Assembly (NCBI RefSeq): GCF_001194135.2
Contig: NC_068999.1
Span: 15,581,435-15,645,434, forward strand
Origin: Octopus bimaculoides
Taxonomy: Eukaryota
Direction of reading: 5' to 3'
DNA: 64,000 nucleotides
A model generated the notes under the pieces. It had not been told where the DNA came from and ran no database searches. It worked only from the letters and a program-made list of their open reading frames with translations. Made by a program: the position numbers and the translations under genes. Of the stretch, positions 41,429 through 55,210 are shown piece after piece (within the stretch, counting starts at the first letter, position 1; the number at the start of each line of letters is the position of its first letter).

Positions 41429-41731
41429 TAGATTATAATGATTGATTGTTCTAAGGTAACAAATTGACCGAATGGATAAAAGAATGGATAAAATACTCTG
41501 CTGCAAACGTTCCATTTCTGTACATTCTAAGTTCAAATCCTACCGAAGTTTTGCAATCTTTTCCTTTAATCATTTCTATGTTGAAAACNNNNNNNNNNNN
41601 NNNATATATATATATATATAGTTATCCCTCTCTTCAGCTCTCTCTCTAGCTCTACCTTCTCTTTCTCTCAGAGTATAAATTGCCTGAAAAGGTCAGCGTA
41701 GGAATGTTTACAACGTGACAGAAGCAGGCAT

Positions 41732-42450
41732 TTAACCCCAGCTCCGTGGTCACTGACCCAACATTTCTTTTACAACAAAATTTTTGGAAGTTCAATATAA
41801 ACTTATATCGTTTAAATCTTTTTAAAATGTAATGACAAGGAGTTAACCTCCAAGAAATTTGCTTTGCATATAGAAACCATCGCATAGAGGGAACTTAGCT
41901 CCATGTACCTTAGCTCTAGAGAGAACTTAGCTCCATATAAAAATAAACAGCTTTTTAAAAAAAAAATCTTTAAAGAGTGCCGTTATCAGTTTAAGAATTC
42001 ATACAATATTCTAAACATATGCGTATATTTTTATTACATACAACTTAGATGTAATACTGTAGCGCCTATGATATTTTTCAGAAGCACCGAGTTGGTTGGG
42101 AAAATCAAAGAGCCTACGGGACTGCTTGCAAAGAAATAATTTCAATTAAAAAGAAATAATTTCAATTAAAAAAAAATACGTGTTAGTTGCGGGCATTCAA
42201 CCGCGTGGTTCAAACAAAACGAATGGGTTGCATGAAGGTCGTTCTCATCTTTGTTTGACACGCCTTCCATACAACCTCCTAAGAATTTTCTCCTGAAATA
42301 CCTTGGTCGACCATGTTTATGATAAGATAGAGACACATAGATACAACGGTAAACTATCTGGTTGCGGGTCAAAAATTGAACCACACTACCTTACATATAT
42401 GCACTGTTTTCTCTTTTCGTCTGAAAACTTTTGGGTCAAAAGGTCATACC
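41732..42450. mobile_element. Possible piggyBac-like remnant
   Basis: TTAA-CCCC...ggtcactgaccc at 41732-41759, gggtcaaaaattgaacc at about 42366, and minus-strand CMEGVSNKDE weakly resembling MGGVD..DQ. No matching GGGTTAA end was found. Confidence 0.2.
42131..42170 (+). repeat. Perfect 20-bp tandem duplication
   Basis: aagaaataatttcaattaaa x2. Confidence 0.95.
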
Positions 42451-43798
42451 GATTTCTAGCTTAGAGTCTAAAAATGTACTATTAATCCTATTGGTGTTAT
42501 AATAAATATTCATGGTCTGTATCAAAAAGTACATTACATACATACATATCCATACATATATACATATCCATATGTATGTATATATGTCTGAAATGTGAGT
42601 ATGCGTTTGTATCTTTGTCAAAAAACGTATAATGCACATACAAATATATATGTATGTGCATATGTGTGTATGTATGTATATATGTATGTATATATGTATT
42701 TGTGTATGCATGTATGTGTTTGTCTATGGATATATTCATAGAGAATCATAAATTTATATTCATATATACATAATGAATATTTATTACGTTCACCAGTAGG
42801 ATTATCAACGCAATTTTCGATACTACATCGCTAATTGTCATGAATTTTCGACACTCACAATACGTGTATGTGCTATCGCTCGCTCGGGCGTGCGTGTGTG
42901 TGTGTGAGTGTACGTATGTGTATGCGTCGGTAGAATGTTTCACTTGTAAGTTGAAATGTCATAATGACCTTACGGGATAGGACATAACTAATTCAACATT
43001 TTATTGCCCATCATTTAAATAATGATGAAAACCCGATGCGTCACATGTATAGAAGTTGCTGTATGTATATATATGCATGTGTTACTATATGGGAACTTAC
43101 GAGTATATGCGTCTGTGCATGTGTATCTATTAACTAATCTATATTATCTTTTCTATTTCCACTTCTCAAATACGTATTTTTCGTTATTGTGGTCGAAGCA
43201 GAAAATTCTACTAAATGATTGCTCAGTTCCACATTTACAACATTAGGTTTTTCGACATTTCCTATCTAGTTACTTATTGAAGGAACTTATTTAATCGGTA
43301 CACTTATAAAATACGAAGGCAACATTCATTCGCTCTATTACATATCACTGAAGCTTGAAGACGCGGTTATTATCGCTAACTTTTGCAATATTTCAGTCAC
43401 AGTTCAGTGCTAGCCACGGTTCATTTACATTCAATTAAAATCACAGTTCTATCTATTATTGGATACAATTTTACCGATCAATCTTACGTTAACGGTTTAA
43501 TAGCTTTGTCACCAATTGGTAAATTTTCTATTTATTCACCAATAAAATTCTATTGTGACTCGATAATTTGAAATATTTTCGACCTATCAGAAACACAAAA
43601 TTTAAACATTGTTATATGCTGCCTAATTTTAACATTTCCAAGAAGGCTAATAACATCCGTTTGGTCAGATTTTGGTTTAGGAGACACGTTTCACGTTGAA
43701 AAATTATTGAGATAAGTGAATGGAATTATTGAAAACTCAAGCCGTTTCTCAATGTTTGTGTGTGTGTGTGTGTGTGTATGTGTGTGTATGCATCAATA

Positions 43799-43863
<65 letters not shown>

Positions 43864-44336
43864 TACACTATGTACATTTAGTGTGCAGATATATATATAT
43901 ATATATTCAGAAGTATAGATTTATATGTCAGCTACTTCAAGTTTCATGCTCAGATAGTGTGATATTAAGACGTGATATTTTAGTGTACTATGCCCCATCA
44001 CACAGTTATTCAAGCGATGCAAAACACCGAAACATGGTTACTCTTTGAAGAAAAGCGTTAGAGACTCCTAGAGAATAAAGCAAGAAGAAAAGTGAAACAA
44101 GAAAAGAGAGATTAAAGTTATATCCCTTTACCCAGTTAGGTGAACAGAATTGTTAATGTTTTACGTTTAAATGTACTGTAAGAATAGTTTGTGTGACAGT
44201 CGAGTGGCAGAAAGCTAATGTGTATTATATTCTACGTCTTATTCGGTGAGTGAATTGCTCTAAAGGACTGTAATTCTTATTAGATCGAAAAACTATACCA
44301 ATCTTCAAACCCACACACACGCGCAATCACGCGCAA

Positions 44337-44376
<40 letters not shown>

Positions 44377-44707
44377 NNNNNNNNNNNNNNNNNNNNNNNN
44401 NNNNNNNNNNNNNNNNNNNNNNNNNNNNNNNNNNNNNNNNNNNNNNNNNNNNNNNNNNNNNNNNNNNNNNNNNNNNNNNNNNNNNNNNNNNNNNNNNNNN
44501 NNNNNNNNNNNNNNNNNNNNNNNNNNNNNNNNNNNNNNNNNNNNNNNNNNNNNNNNNNNNNNNNNNNNNNNNNNNNNNNNNNNNNNNNNNNNNNNNNNNN
44601 NNNNNNNNNNNNNNNNNNNNNNNNNNNNNNNNNNNNNNNNNNNNNNNNNNNNNNNNNNNNNNNNNNNNNNNNNNNNNNNNNNNNNNNNNNNNNNNNNNNN
44701 NNNNNNN

Positions 44708-44741
<34 letters not shown>

Positions 44742-44745
<4 letters not shown>

Positions 44746-44977
44746 GTTTGCGTCTGTGTCTCTATCTTTGTCCCTCGCTACCACTTGACAAGCAGTGTTG
44801 GTGTGTGTCCGTCCCTGTTAATTAGCGGTGTGGCAAAAAAAGCCGATAGAATAAGTACCAGGCTTAAAATTAAAAAGTACTAGGGTCGATTATTCAACTA
44901 AATTTCTTCAAGTCGGAGCCCCAGCATGGCCGCAGTCTAACCAGTAAAAAAGGCAAAAGAATAAAGAATAAAAGAAT
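44742..44977 (+). mobile_element. 3' half of SINE family A; the 5' half is probably lost in gap 44377-44707
   Basis: cttgacaagcagtgttggtgtg...ttagcggtgtggcaaaaaaagccgatagaataagtaccaggctt...ccccagcatggccgcagtc...aaaagaataaagaataaaag. Confidence 0.85.
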
Positions 44978-46084
44978 ATATACATTTAAAGAGGTTTACA
45001 GTATGTGTTCCACTTGAAATTTGAGCCGATCATAAAAGCAATAAACGAACATAGATATTTCAATTTATGTTTTGAATATTCTTCCTACACAGACTACTAC
45101 TTCACATGCGTCATTTTGAAAATAACGAAAGGTGGTTATATACAATACATATAACATGAATGCAGCTACCATGGTGTAGATGATAGCACTTAGATCTAAT
45201 CTGAACATCGCTTTTGTCGAGGGAGTCAACACTGCAGCAGCTATATATAAAACTTTGATGACTATGTAGGTACAACAGATACTTTGGAGAAGTGAGAATT
45301 TCAAATGTCCCGATGTGATAAGAAGAGAAAATTAATTCTAATCTCTTAAGAAATATAAAGTTCTGAAATTTCCCGTTCTAACATAACCTAAAATTTTGTC
45401 TTTTCTTGTTATATTATTTAGCGCTGTTTAGTTCTGTTATAGAAAGTTGAGATTCAAAGCCCATTAATTTACATACAAATTTTGCAGTGAGTTGGATTTG
45501 TCCTTTCTCTCAACATAAATTCTGTAACTGCGAGATACTGTGATTCCCTCAATACAGCAAGGTATGATTGCACTTTATATGAATACATTGATGAAATTTA
45601 TATATTTTCAAAGGGCGGGTTGTGTGTATTTTGCAGTTGGGAATTCATTGTCTCTCTGTGACCTGTATTAGGATGACATGTGACTTGTGGGAAGCAATGT
45701 TAACTAAACAAATTAAGTGGCATTTACGTCATTTGTGCTAAAAAGTTAGCTCTTGAAAATCGAGGCTTCGGATGAGTAAATAATTATAGTTAAAACATAT
45801 ATAATTATTTTCAGATGCATCTTACTTGTAGATTTGTTAGTTTACGAATAACCTTGTCTCGGATGAGACACGATATTTATATACACCTATACAAATGTAT
45901 CGCTTTCTCACCTTCCCTGTGTCTGTCAGTCTATCTATCTATACGCACAGTTGTGCGTATATATCATATATATACGTATATATATATTTATGTATATATG
46001 TGCTTATATATAGTTATGCTTATATTCATGTTTACATATATATGTGTGTGCATGTATGTGTGTGTATGTATGTATGTATGTAAG

Positions 46085-46484
46085 GATAGCAGGATTCCTA
46101 AGCAGATGCTCTATGGAGAACTTGTGAATGGAAGGAGACTCCGACAGAAACCAAGGCTGCGCTTTAAGGACTGTGTCAAGTCCTCATTAAAGGCCTGTGA
46201 TATGCAGGACACAGATGGAGGAAGCAGGTTAAGGAGGGGACAACACTTTTGAGAGAGCACGTATCCAGCATGAAGAATTTAAGCGAGCTGCGCGAAAGTG
46301 TACAGCTCGTATAGTGAACGGGGAAGCTTAATCTGCAATGTTTCCAGTCGTGTATGCTTATCAAGAGCAGGGCTCATTAGCCACCAACGGAGTCGTAAAT
46401 GCAAAATGTAAGTTAGTACTAGAGCGCAGAATGTTCCTGAAGGTCGGCAATGGTCTTCCTTGGTCACGAGTGGACGGCCATCAT
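46085..46484 (+). mobile_element. 3' end of an RTE-clade non-LTR retrotransposon (5'-truncated)
   Basis: DSRIPKQMLYGELVNGRRLRQKPRLRFKDCVKSSLKAC, then with frameshifts RWRKQVKEG, ERARIQHEEFKRAARK and CNVSSRVCLSRAGLISHQRS*. A short 3' UTR ends GGACGGCCATCAT and runs into a (TATG)/(TA) tail. Confidence 0.85.
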
Positions 46485-46502
46485 GTATGTATGTATTTAT
46501 GT

Positions 46503-46544
<42 letters not shown>

Positions 46545-47881
46545 TGCGTGCACGCGAGTTGTGTGTGCATGTATATATCTCACTTTAATTATAAAATGAT
46601 ATAATTTAGCACGTCTATTTTAAATATAGTTCTTAATATTTGCCTCATTTAAAGTAATGAAAACTATAAAAATGTTTAATTTGTTTGTTAATTAGGCCTG
46701 ATATAAAAAATTCTACCTCTCTGTGTGATTTCTTTACCTCCGTGAAATGAGAGTATTCTATTTCTTTTCATCAGGCAACGATTTATGAATTTCTTCGAAT
46801 GTTCCACTCCGATATTTACCTTAAGTATCCACAGAAACAAAGTCAGCATTATATGTGAGATACATATGATCCTAAACTGCATTGCACACCGAAATATCGC
46901 ACTGCCATAATATATATTAATAAAACAGTATCAATATATAAATGTAAATTACACTAAAAAAAAAAAGTAATATTTTATTATGATACACCAACATTTGTGA
47001 TTGCATTTCTTCCTGGAGTTGTTTGATATCGAGTAAACTACTTGTTAACAATATATAAACAAACATTTAATATATGTAAACAAACAATTGTTATATATGT
47101 AGATTTGATATAAATACATATCGATGCAGGAAAATTGCAATTACTGTTTGTCAGGTTGGCGAAACAGCTGTATTTATTACGATCTAGTATATAAATAGAG
47201 CAGTAAAAATAAAAACGTGATATTTTTCCATACTCCTGGGTATTATCGTTAATTATAACAAGAAACAACATTGTTTACGCTAATGACTTATAATTACATT
47301 AAGTACGCCACTGACACTAGACTATGAAAAATATTCTGTGTTCTCATACTGAAAATAAAATAGCGTGTAGCATTGTCGAATTTGCTTCAGTTTTCATCCT
47401 GTCCTTGAGTACCAGCTCAGCTGTTTAGCGAGTACTTCTTTTTTCACTGCCTTGATTATCTCATCTATTTGCCTATGTTGTAAGCTATACTATACAATGT
47501 CTCTTTCTTTGATATGGTAATGAATGATTTGAAGGAGATTTGGATGCTTTCTCTAGTAACTAAATCAAACTTAATACTGTCTGTGTCTGGACTGGTTGTT
47601 GGTGTCGTAAATATTAATAGCTAAATGATATTATCGCTAAATTCCTATCCCATTTACTGAACGGATCCTCTAGGCGTCTGTTGTTTGAGACAGCTGATTC
47701 ATTCTCAGAGAAATATCATGTACGTATTCAGACATTTGAATAAATTTGCTATTGTTCTACATAAAGGTTTGTAGCCGAGAAAATTGCATATATTATTGCA
47801 AAAACTGTAGACGCGATGACAGTGCAAAGGAAGCTGTTCCAAATATGCAATACTTATATCGAAATCAGTTAGTGACACTAG

Positions 47882-48030
47882 AATGGCTGTGTAGTGAAGA
47901 TGTTGACTCTATATCCACGAGGCTTATGTCTGCTAGCATTCTGGGCAAGTGTTTCTGTTTATGTCTTCAAGTTGTAAACTCTTCTTCAATAGAATTTGGC
48001 AGGCAAAGGTTTGTGGGAGCCAATCGGAGA
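47882..48030 (+). mobile_element. Diverged CORE-like SINE 5' fragment
   Basis: atggctgtgtagtgaag...gcattctgggcaagtgtttctgtttatgtctt. Confidence 0.4.
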
Positions 48031-48540
48031 AATTGATCTTGAGCATGAGTGGCACCCGTAATCGATCGCAGAGTTCAAAACTACCACGTAACTATTGAGC
48101 ACCTCAGCGAAGCGTAATGGATTCGCTCAGATGTCAGGTTTGAGAATGAATTTCTCCATCCTTTACATGAGCCGGCAGAACTCGTAAAAGTTTTGTAAGC
48201 ACTACACTTCTCACTCTTAAGTCGTTAAAAGAAGGAATAATCCAAAGCGGAGCAAAAGTCAAAAATATTTATTGTGATATTAGAATGTATATTGGAATAA
48301 AGCTCAAAATTTTGCGTGACGCTATTATACAACACTTTTAACAACATACAAATAACAAAGATAACTTAATATCGGCATAGTTAAAATGTAATCTCTAAAG
48401 TGTAACAACTAAATAACTAAGAACAATTTTGACAAGCAATTGTCGATCACGAAAATCAGTTTAGTTAAAGTATAAACTAACATTAAGCTCCGTCGACTAT
48501 ACTGTAATATTTCTTTATAGTAATATTTAATATAAACAAA

Positions 48541-48779
48541 GCGGAAACCTGGTAGAATCGTTAGAATGCCGCACAAAATGCTTAGCAACATTTTGTTCGT
48601 CTTCACGTTCTGACCCCAAATCTCGCCGAGTTCGCCTTTGCCTTTCAATCTTTCTGGGTCGACTTGTTTTAATTCTATCTGGGTCTATAAATTTAGTACC
48701 AATTGAGCACTGAAGTCGAAGAAAACGAATTACTCTCCTCTCCGTACTTTCTGGCCTTGTGTCAATTTTTGAAACCAAT
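48541..48779 (+). mobile_element. SINE family B
   Basis: ctggtagaatcgttagaatgccgcacaaaatgcttagc...agtaccaattgagcactgaagtcga...ctggccttgtgtcaatttttgaaaccaat. Confidence 0.85.
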
Positions 48780-48924
48780 ACTAAGTATAAACAGATAGTC
48801 GTAGAAAATGTCCTCGATATGTAAATTTCAAATGCAGAATTCATTTCGCAAATATTGGTGACCGTATCTCGTGACTTAACTTGCAAAATTATGTTTAAAT
48901 AATAATTTAGTATAGAAAGTCCCA

Positions 48925-48975
<51 letters not shown>

Positions 48976-49028
48976 AATCTATCTATCTATTTATCCGTCA
49001 GTCTGTCTGTCTGTCTGTCTGTCTGTCT
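48925..49028 (+). repeat. (CTAT)n then (CTGT)n tetranucleotide microsatellite
   Basis: Direct reading. Confidence 0.95.
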
Positions 49029-49108
49029 AAATGTGTGTGATGTGTGTGCACCGGCGTATTCATAACGCATGTTTATTCCATAAACGGATGGGGTTTCTTC
49101 TACTCTAG

Positions 49109-49146
<38 letters not shown>

Positions 49147-52100
49147 AAAATATGTATAAACTTCGCATTGATGAATTTAATCTTACACAAACTATTAAAT
49201 GTGTAGGTGTGCGCCTGTGTGCCTGTATGTGTCTATTATAGATATGCATACTAGAGATATGTGCATAAATACACGTATTTGAAACATGTATTTGAAGATC
49301 AAATATATATTGTTCGTGATGCCCGAGATCAATTCAATTTTACGCTGGATCCTCTTGTATGATATGTTCAAAATTTCAGCATCATATGTAGGTTCAAACG
49401 TATTTCACTTTATTTAATATATACACTATGAATAATATAAGTCTTTTGTAAATTTACGACTAGACATGTAAATGTTATAACTTACATATTTTGGAGTCTA
49501 AATGCAATGTATAGCCATCAGATAATTCTAAACATTTAGAAATATTTTATCTTTTCTGTAATTTCGTAATTGAATAATTCTCTTTTTCATTGATCTATAT
49601 CCAAAACAAATTATACCGATTCCTCTAGAAAGGAAAGAAATGTATTTCCATTTCTTTAATGATTTTAAATAAAGCGTCTTCAAGCATAAACAGAACAAGT
49701 TCATCTCTTTTACATTCCGATCTCTCAGGCAGCGAAACTTCCAGACGACAAATTTATATAAAAATAAAAGCAGAAGTTTTAAATTTATATTGTAGAGTTT
49801 GAAACTTTCATTTATTTTTCTTGATATCTGTCATGAAGGAAGTACAACAAAACTGAATAGATTTAAAACAATATCTAAAAATATTTTGTTATTTATTATT
49901 TTTCAAAGGGGGACTATAATCAATCTGCTGCAATACTTCAAAGTATGTTTGCAGTTTAATTGCTAAAAACAGCAATTTCGTTTGACAAAATGACTATTGT
50001 ACATAAACACTAATAAAATTTATGTATTTTTGTATTTGATTTATAACTGAAATTCGGACAAAACGTTTGATAATTACACCACTCCTGCCATATAAAGTAG
50101 AATAATATAAAATACTAATCTGCCATTGTCACCTGCTGACATTTTAACGATTTATCTTCAAAATCAGAAAGAAACATGGATACCAATCGGAGAATGTTTT
50201 ATGTTTACGAATTACATTCATGCTGGTTCTACACGAACTAAAATTCTGCTAACTCTGAATCCGCAACTACTTTGTAATAAGTTTTAATACGAAACAGTAA
50301 GCATAGCAGTTAAAGACTGAAGAAATAAAATGAAAATATAAACAGAAAGGCTATATATATAGATTGGCAATGAAAGCTATTCTCTATTGCTGAAGAAGTT
50401 CGCTTCATCATTCGATGCTTACTCAGTGAATTTGCACGACCTCGTGATTATTTAGTGAGATTACATTGATTAAATTGATTGTCGAGTTACGTCCCGGAAA
50501 TGAAGGGAATTACAGTAGAACTTTGAATGAATTTGAACTATGGTTGTCGATGTAACAAAATATTGCTACAAGGAATTCGGTTTCTAAAACTAGTGATTCA
50601 GCCAATTCATTTGCTTCATGTCGCTAAAATATTAAAATCTGACACTATTAACTATGTTTCTATAAAGTGAGAGACATATTCCCAGACATAAAGGCACCCA
50701 TTAGTAGTACGACTTTAATGGTATCTTAATTCCTCATATATTTTTCCATTTTGAACGTATATGTACGTTTAGAAGCACAATATTAAACTTGCAGATACAA
50801 GATATTTACATAAAACTTACGTAATTTGTGCATTTTGCCAAGTAAGTAAAAGTGACAGACACGGTTGAAATGACATTAATTACATGCCTGCTGGAACTGA
50901 ACGTATTTAGACAAATAAACAACAAGAATTACTTAGACTCATTATTGAAGCAAGTTTTCGTCATTATTCTTGACATATTTAGTCCATAACATATACATAT
51001 TCTTATGGTACAAATCCAGTAATCTCCTGTAAAAACGTCATGTCACCCGAAATCACTCAAATCTTTTATAATCTACACATATATGTAAAAATTAGTTTTT
51101 ATAATTGCTATATCCTAAGCGATGCTTGTTTATCTATAATTGATTGCAACGCATTTAATCTTAGTTTAAACTGAAATCTAGGAAAACGAATCGTTAGAAT
51201 TAAGAACATTTGTAAGATAATCTATTGAAAATTGTGTCTTAAATAATCGCAGTCAAAAATAAGAAAACAAAAATTTTATGTCCAGTAGAATAGAGGAAAT
51301 AATATAATATAAGATGTAATTGCTAGAATGAACATTTGCTTATGAGGCTGTGAGGGTCTCTTGAAATAAATTCGCCTCCTTTGCAAAATTTGCTGAAAGA
51401 ATTTCCAGAGCTTACTGGTGCATTTCAAATTTGTCTTCTTCACCGTCCCTTTAATAAATTTATGATGATTTTTCTGTTATTTCATCATGATACACTTATA
51501 TAAATGAAGCTTAAAATCAACCAGAACTACCATAAAACTTCTAAGATTGATAGTGCAAATGCTTTGATCAGCAATAACATGCATTGTATCAATCTAGCCA
51601 TAAAACAGCCTTGTACCACAAATTCTGTACTCATGAACAACAAACATCCATAATTCTTGAACTTGTTTAGAATGTTTTACAAGCTCCCATGATGAACTCA
51701 CAGAAATAATAAATGTAACATAACCGAAACATAATCAAGCCCTGAAATTACTTGACATTTGAAATTATCTGGTGATTTAAAACGCTCCACTAAAAAACAT
51801 ATATATATATATATATTGTATTCACATAATGATCGGTAAGTTTGCAATATAAATTGTTTCTAAAATTGATCAAATATTGAATTGCGAAAGATTCACTTGA
51901 CACGTTTAGACAACAGGTCTATAGACTCGCTGTTTATTCTACCACCATTTTCATAATGTCCTATCACAGGATTTACACCTCACCACTAACTAGTAGCCTG
52001 AGACGAACACGATACTCATACGTACATCTCTTTCTCTAGTAATTCCTACAATTAATCTAAAGCATCCAGAATATCACACTTCCCGTATCATTTCCTATTC

Positions 52101-52166
52101 ATTATTTTACCTGCACATGTCGGCTTACACATATTTAGTTTATCACCCGATATTAAGGAATGCAAA

Positions 52167-52385
52167 GGCGACGAAATGGCAGAATCGTTAGCCCGCCTGG
52201 AAAAATGCTTAGTGGCATGTCGTCCATGCATATTCTCTTAGCTTAAATTGCGCTGTGTTCGACTTTATCTTTCAGGGTAGATAAAATAAATACCAATCGA
52301 TCACTAGGATCAATCTAATCGACTTACCCCTTCCCCCTTCCCCCGAAAATAAATTGCTGGCCTTGTTTCACGATTTGAAACCAAT
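52167..52385 (+). mobile_element. SINE family B
   Basis: ggcgacgaaatggcagaatcgttagcccgcctggaaaaatgcttagtggc...aattgctggccttg...tttgaaaccaat. Confidence 0.85.
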
Positions 52386-54503
52386 TGTAAAGTATTCGAT
52401 AAAAGTTATAAAGTCATGCACTCTGACTTACTATCTCTTACTAAATGATACAATAAGAGGTATAAATAAGGAAACACATTGTCTTCTATGTAACCGGGAG
52501 CCTATCAGAATTATTTTACAAGATTATACCTAAATATTTTGAATGAGGTCAAATTCGTACGACACTATCTTCATGGGAAAACCTATACGGTAACATCTAT
52601 AATGTAGCAATCATTAATTAAAGACTACTCTTGCATTAACGAAGAGGAAAAATTTGATCAATGCTACAATTTGATCATGAAAAAATTAATATGACGAGTA
52701 ACATATGTACAGTTGTCTACATAAATAAAATAGCATTAAAACTATAATTATATACGTGTGTGTGTATGTGTGTGTTTGTAGTCTCTATTGATATAAATAG
52801 AAGCGGCTCCTTTAATTATGCGGGCTACAATTTTGTAGCAAATTGAAATTATATTCATTCTTTCCGCGTTTTTTTTAATGCCAGTCTTTAACAATTTTAA
52901 TTTTTTAAATTATATTTAGCAGAACTAAAAACAGCATTCCTACATTCCTATTACTTGTACAGGGAAAGTAGAGAACAAAGAAAACTCTAAAAGAATGTTT
53001 GACATAACGGTGATATCGATTAGATCTTAACAACCTCTTTCAATGATATAATTTTGGTTTCAAATATACATACATAAACATATACATAGATATGTGTGTG
53101 TGTGTGTGTGTGTTTGTTGCGTATGTGCGTGTTGGTGTAGCAGTATATGTTTGTGTATTTATTCATGTATATATATTTATGTATGTGAGTGTGTATGTGT
53201 GTGTGAATGTGTGTGCGTATGTGTTCATATATGTATATGAGTGCGTGTGTATATATATAAATATATATGTACACACATACACACACATATATATGTATAT
53301 ACATGTATATATNNNNNNNNNNNNNNNNNNNNNNNNNNNNNNNNNNNNNNNNNNNNNNNNNNNNNNNNNNNNNNNNNNNNNNNNNNNNNNNNNNNNNNNN
53401 NNNNNNNNNNNNNNNNNNNNNNNNNNNNNNNNNNNNNNNNNNNNNNNNNNNNNNNNNNNNNNNNNNNNNNNNNNNNNNNNNNNNNNNNNNNNNNNNNNNN
53501 NNNNNNNNNNNNNNNNNNNNNNNNNNNNNNNNNNNNNNNNNNNNNNNNNNNNNNNNNNNNNNNNNNNNNNNNNNNNNNNNNNNNNNNNNNNNNNNNNNNN
53601 NNNNNNNNNNNNNNNNNNNNNNNNNNNNNNNNNNNNNNNNNNNNNNNNNNNNNNNNNNNNNNNNNNNNNNNNNNNTATATATTTACATACATATTTACAT
53701 ACGTGCATATACATATATACACACAAGCGTACATACATACATGCATACATGCATATACATACATTCATACATACATATACACACACATACACACATACAT
53801 ACATATATGAAATATTTGCAGAAAAAAACCCCCAGATCTTGTTAACTAATTACTACTTCATTTTCATCTTATTGATTGAAAATATATATATATATGTTTT
53901 TTTTCTTTTTTAAATGTGTATATTTTGTCAATTAGTGCAATAAAAATTAATTTTACTAGATCTATCCTTATTTCTTTTCTAAATTAGTTTCCATTCAAGT
54001 CAACTAATGCAATTTTATTTCGTCTAACATCATTAAGTTAGAAGCAGTGTTTATTGAATAGATCCCATTTTAGTTTCATGGGATGATATTTCCAGGTTTT
54101 CAATCAATGTAACTACTTACTCTCATATGATAATGATTTTAACTGAAATATAATCTTACTTCTCTCATAGTGTCATCATTGCATTCTCTATGACTGAGCT
54201 TGTTGTATATATTTACGTATCCAATATATCTACACAACTTCCAGCTCCTAAATTACATTAATAATATTTATATCAACCCGGTGTAATGATAGAATGCAAT
54301 TTATGAAACTGTTATGCAATCATATCGCACTTAAGGTTTTCATAATTGTGAACGTAACATCTTTAACTATCGGTGTGTTTGCTCTTGTCATTTTTTGTTT
54401 CGTAGTTACTCTTGTTGTGCTTTAGTCCAGTATCGGCTTTGATCTTGGAAACCCACAAAATCATGTCTCAAATAAGCATTCAGTCATTTCGTCTGTCATA
54501 TTT

Positions 54504-54607
54504 TGAGTTAGAGTTAGTCAATCATAATCTATTATCCATTGTTTTCTGTTTTTTCTGAGTTAGAGTTAGTCAATCATAATCTATTATCCATTGTTTTCTG
54601 TTTTTTC
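54504..54607 (+). repeat. Perfect 52-bp tandem duplication
   Basis: tgagttagagttagtcaatcataatctattatccattgttttctgttttttc occurs at 54504 and 54556. Confidence 0.95.
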
Positions 54608-55082
54608 TATACACACTTTGCATAATATATANNNNNNNNNNNNNNNNNNNNNNNNNNNNNNNNNNNNNNNNNNNNNNNNNNNNNNNNNNNNNNNNNNNNN
54701 NNNNNNNNNNNNNNNNNNNNNNNNNNNNNNNNNNNNNNNNNNNNNNNNNNNNNNNNNNNNNNNNNNNNNNNNNNNNNNNNNNNNNNNNNNNNNNNNNNNN
54801 NNNNNNNNNNNNNNNNNNNNNNNNNNNNNNNNNNNNNNNNNNNNNNNNNNNNNNNNNNNNNNNNNNNNNNNNNNNNNNNNNNNNNNNNNNNNNNNNNNNN
54901 NNNNNNNNNNNNNNNNNNNNNNNNNNNNNNNNNNNNNNNNNNNNNNNNNNNNNNNNNNNNNNNNNNNNNNNNNNNNNNNNNNNNNNNNNNNNNNNNNNNN
55001 NNNNNNNNNNNNNNNNNNNNNNNNNNNNNNNNNNNNNNNNNNNNNNNNNNNNNNNNNNNNNNNNNNNNNNNNNNNNNNNNNN

Positions 55083-55136
<54 letters not shown>

Positions 55137-55210
55137 AATGACTTGATTTTCCAGAGCACAAGACTCAAACGCAGCTTATTGACCGCATTGCTATTATTAC
55201 GTCTTTGTAG

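Noticed and set aside
16337-46484. RTE-like 5' leader and RTE 3' end on the same strand might be one interrupted element
   Set aside because: They are 29 kb apart with a host exon between them and no RTE ORF body. They are independent insertions.
51330-51720. Coding-like composition on the minus strand, including KNYG
   Set aside because: It does not extend into GNYG..DQ..AL.W, all frames are interrupted, and no family is recognisable.
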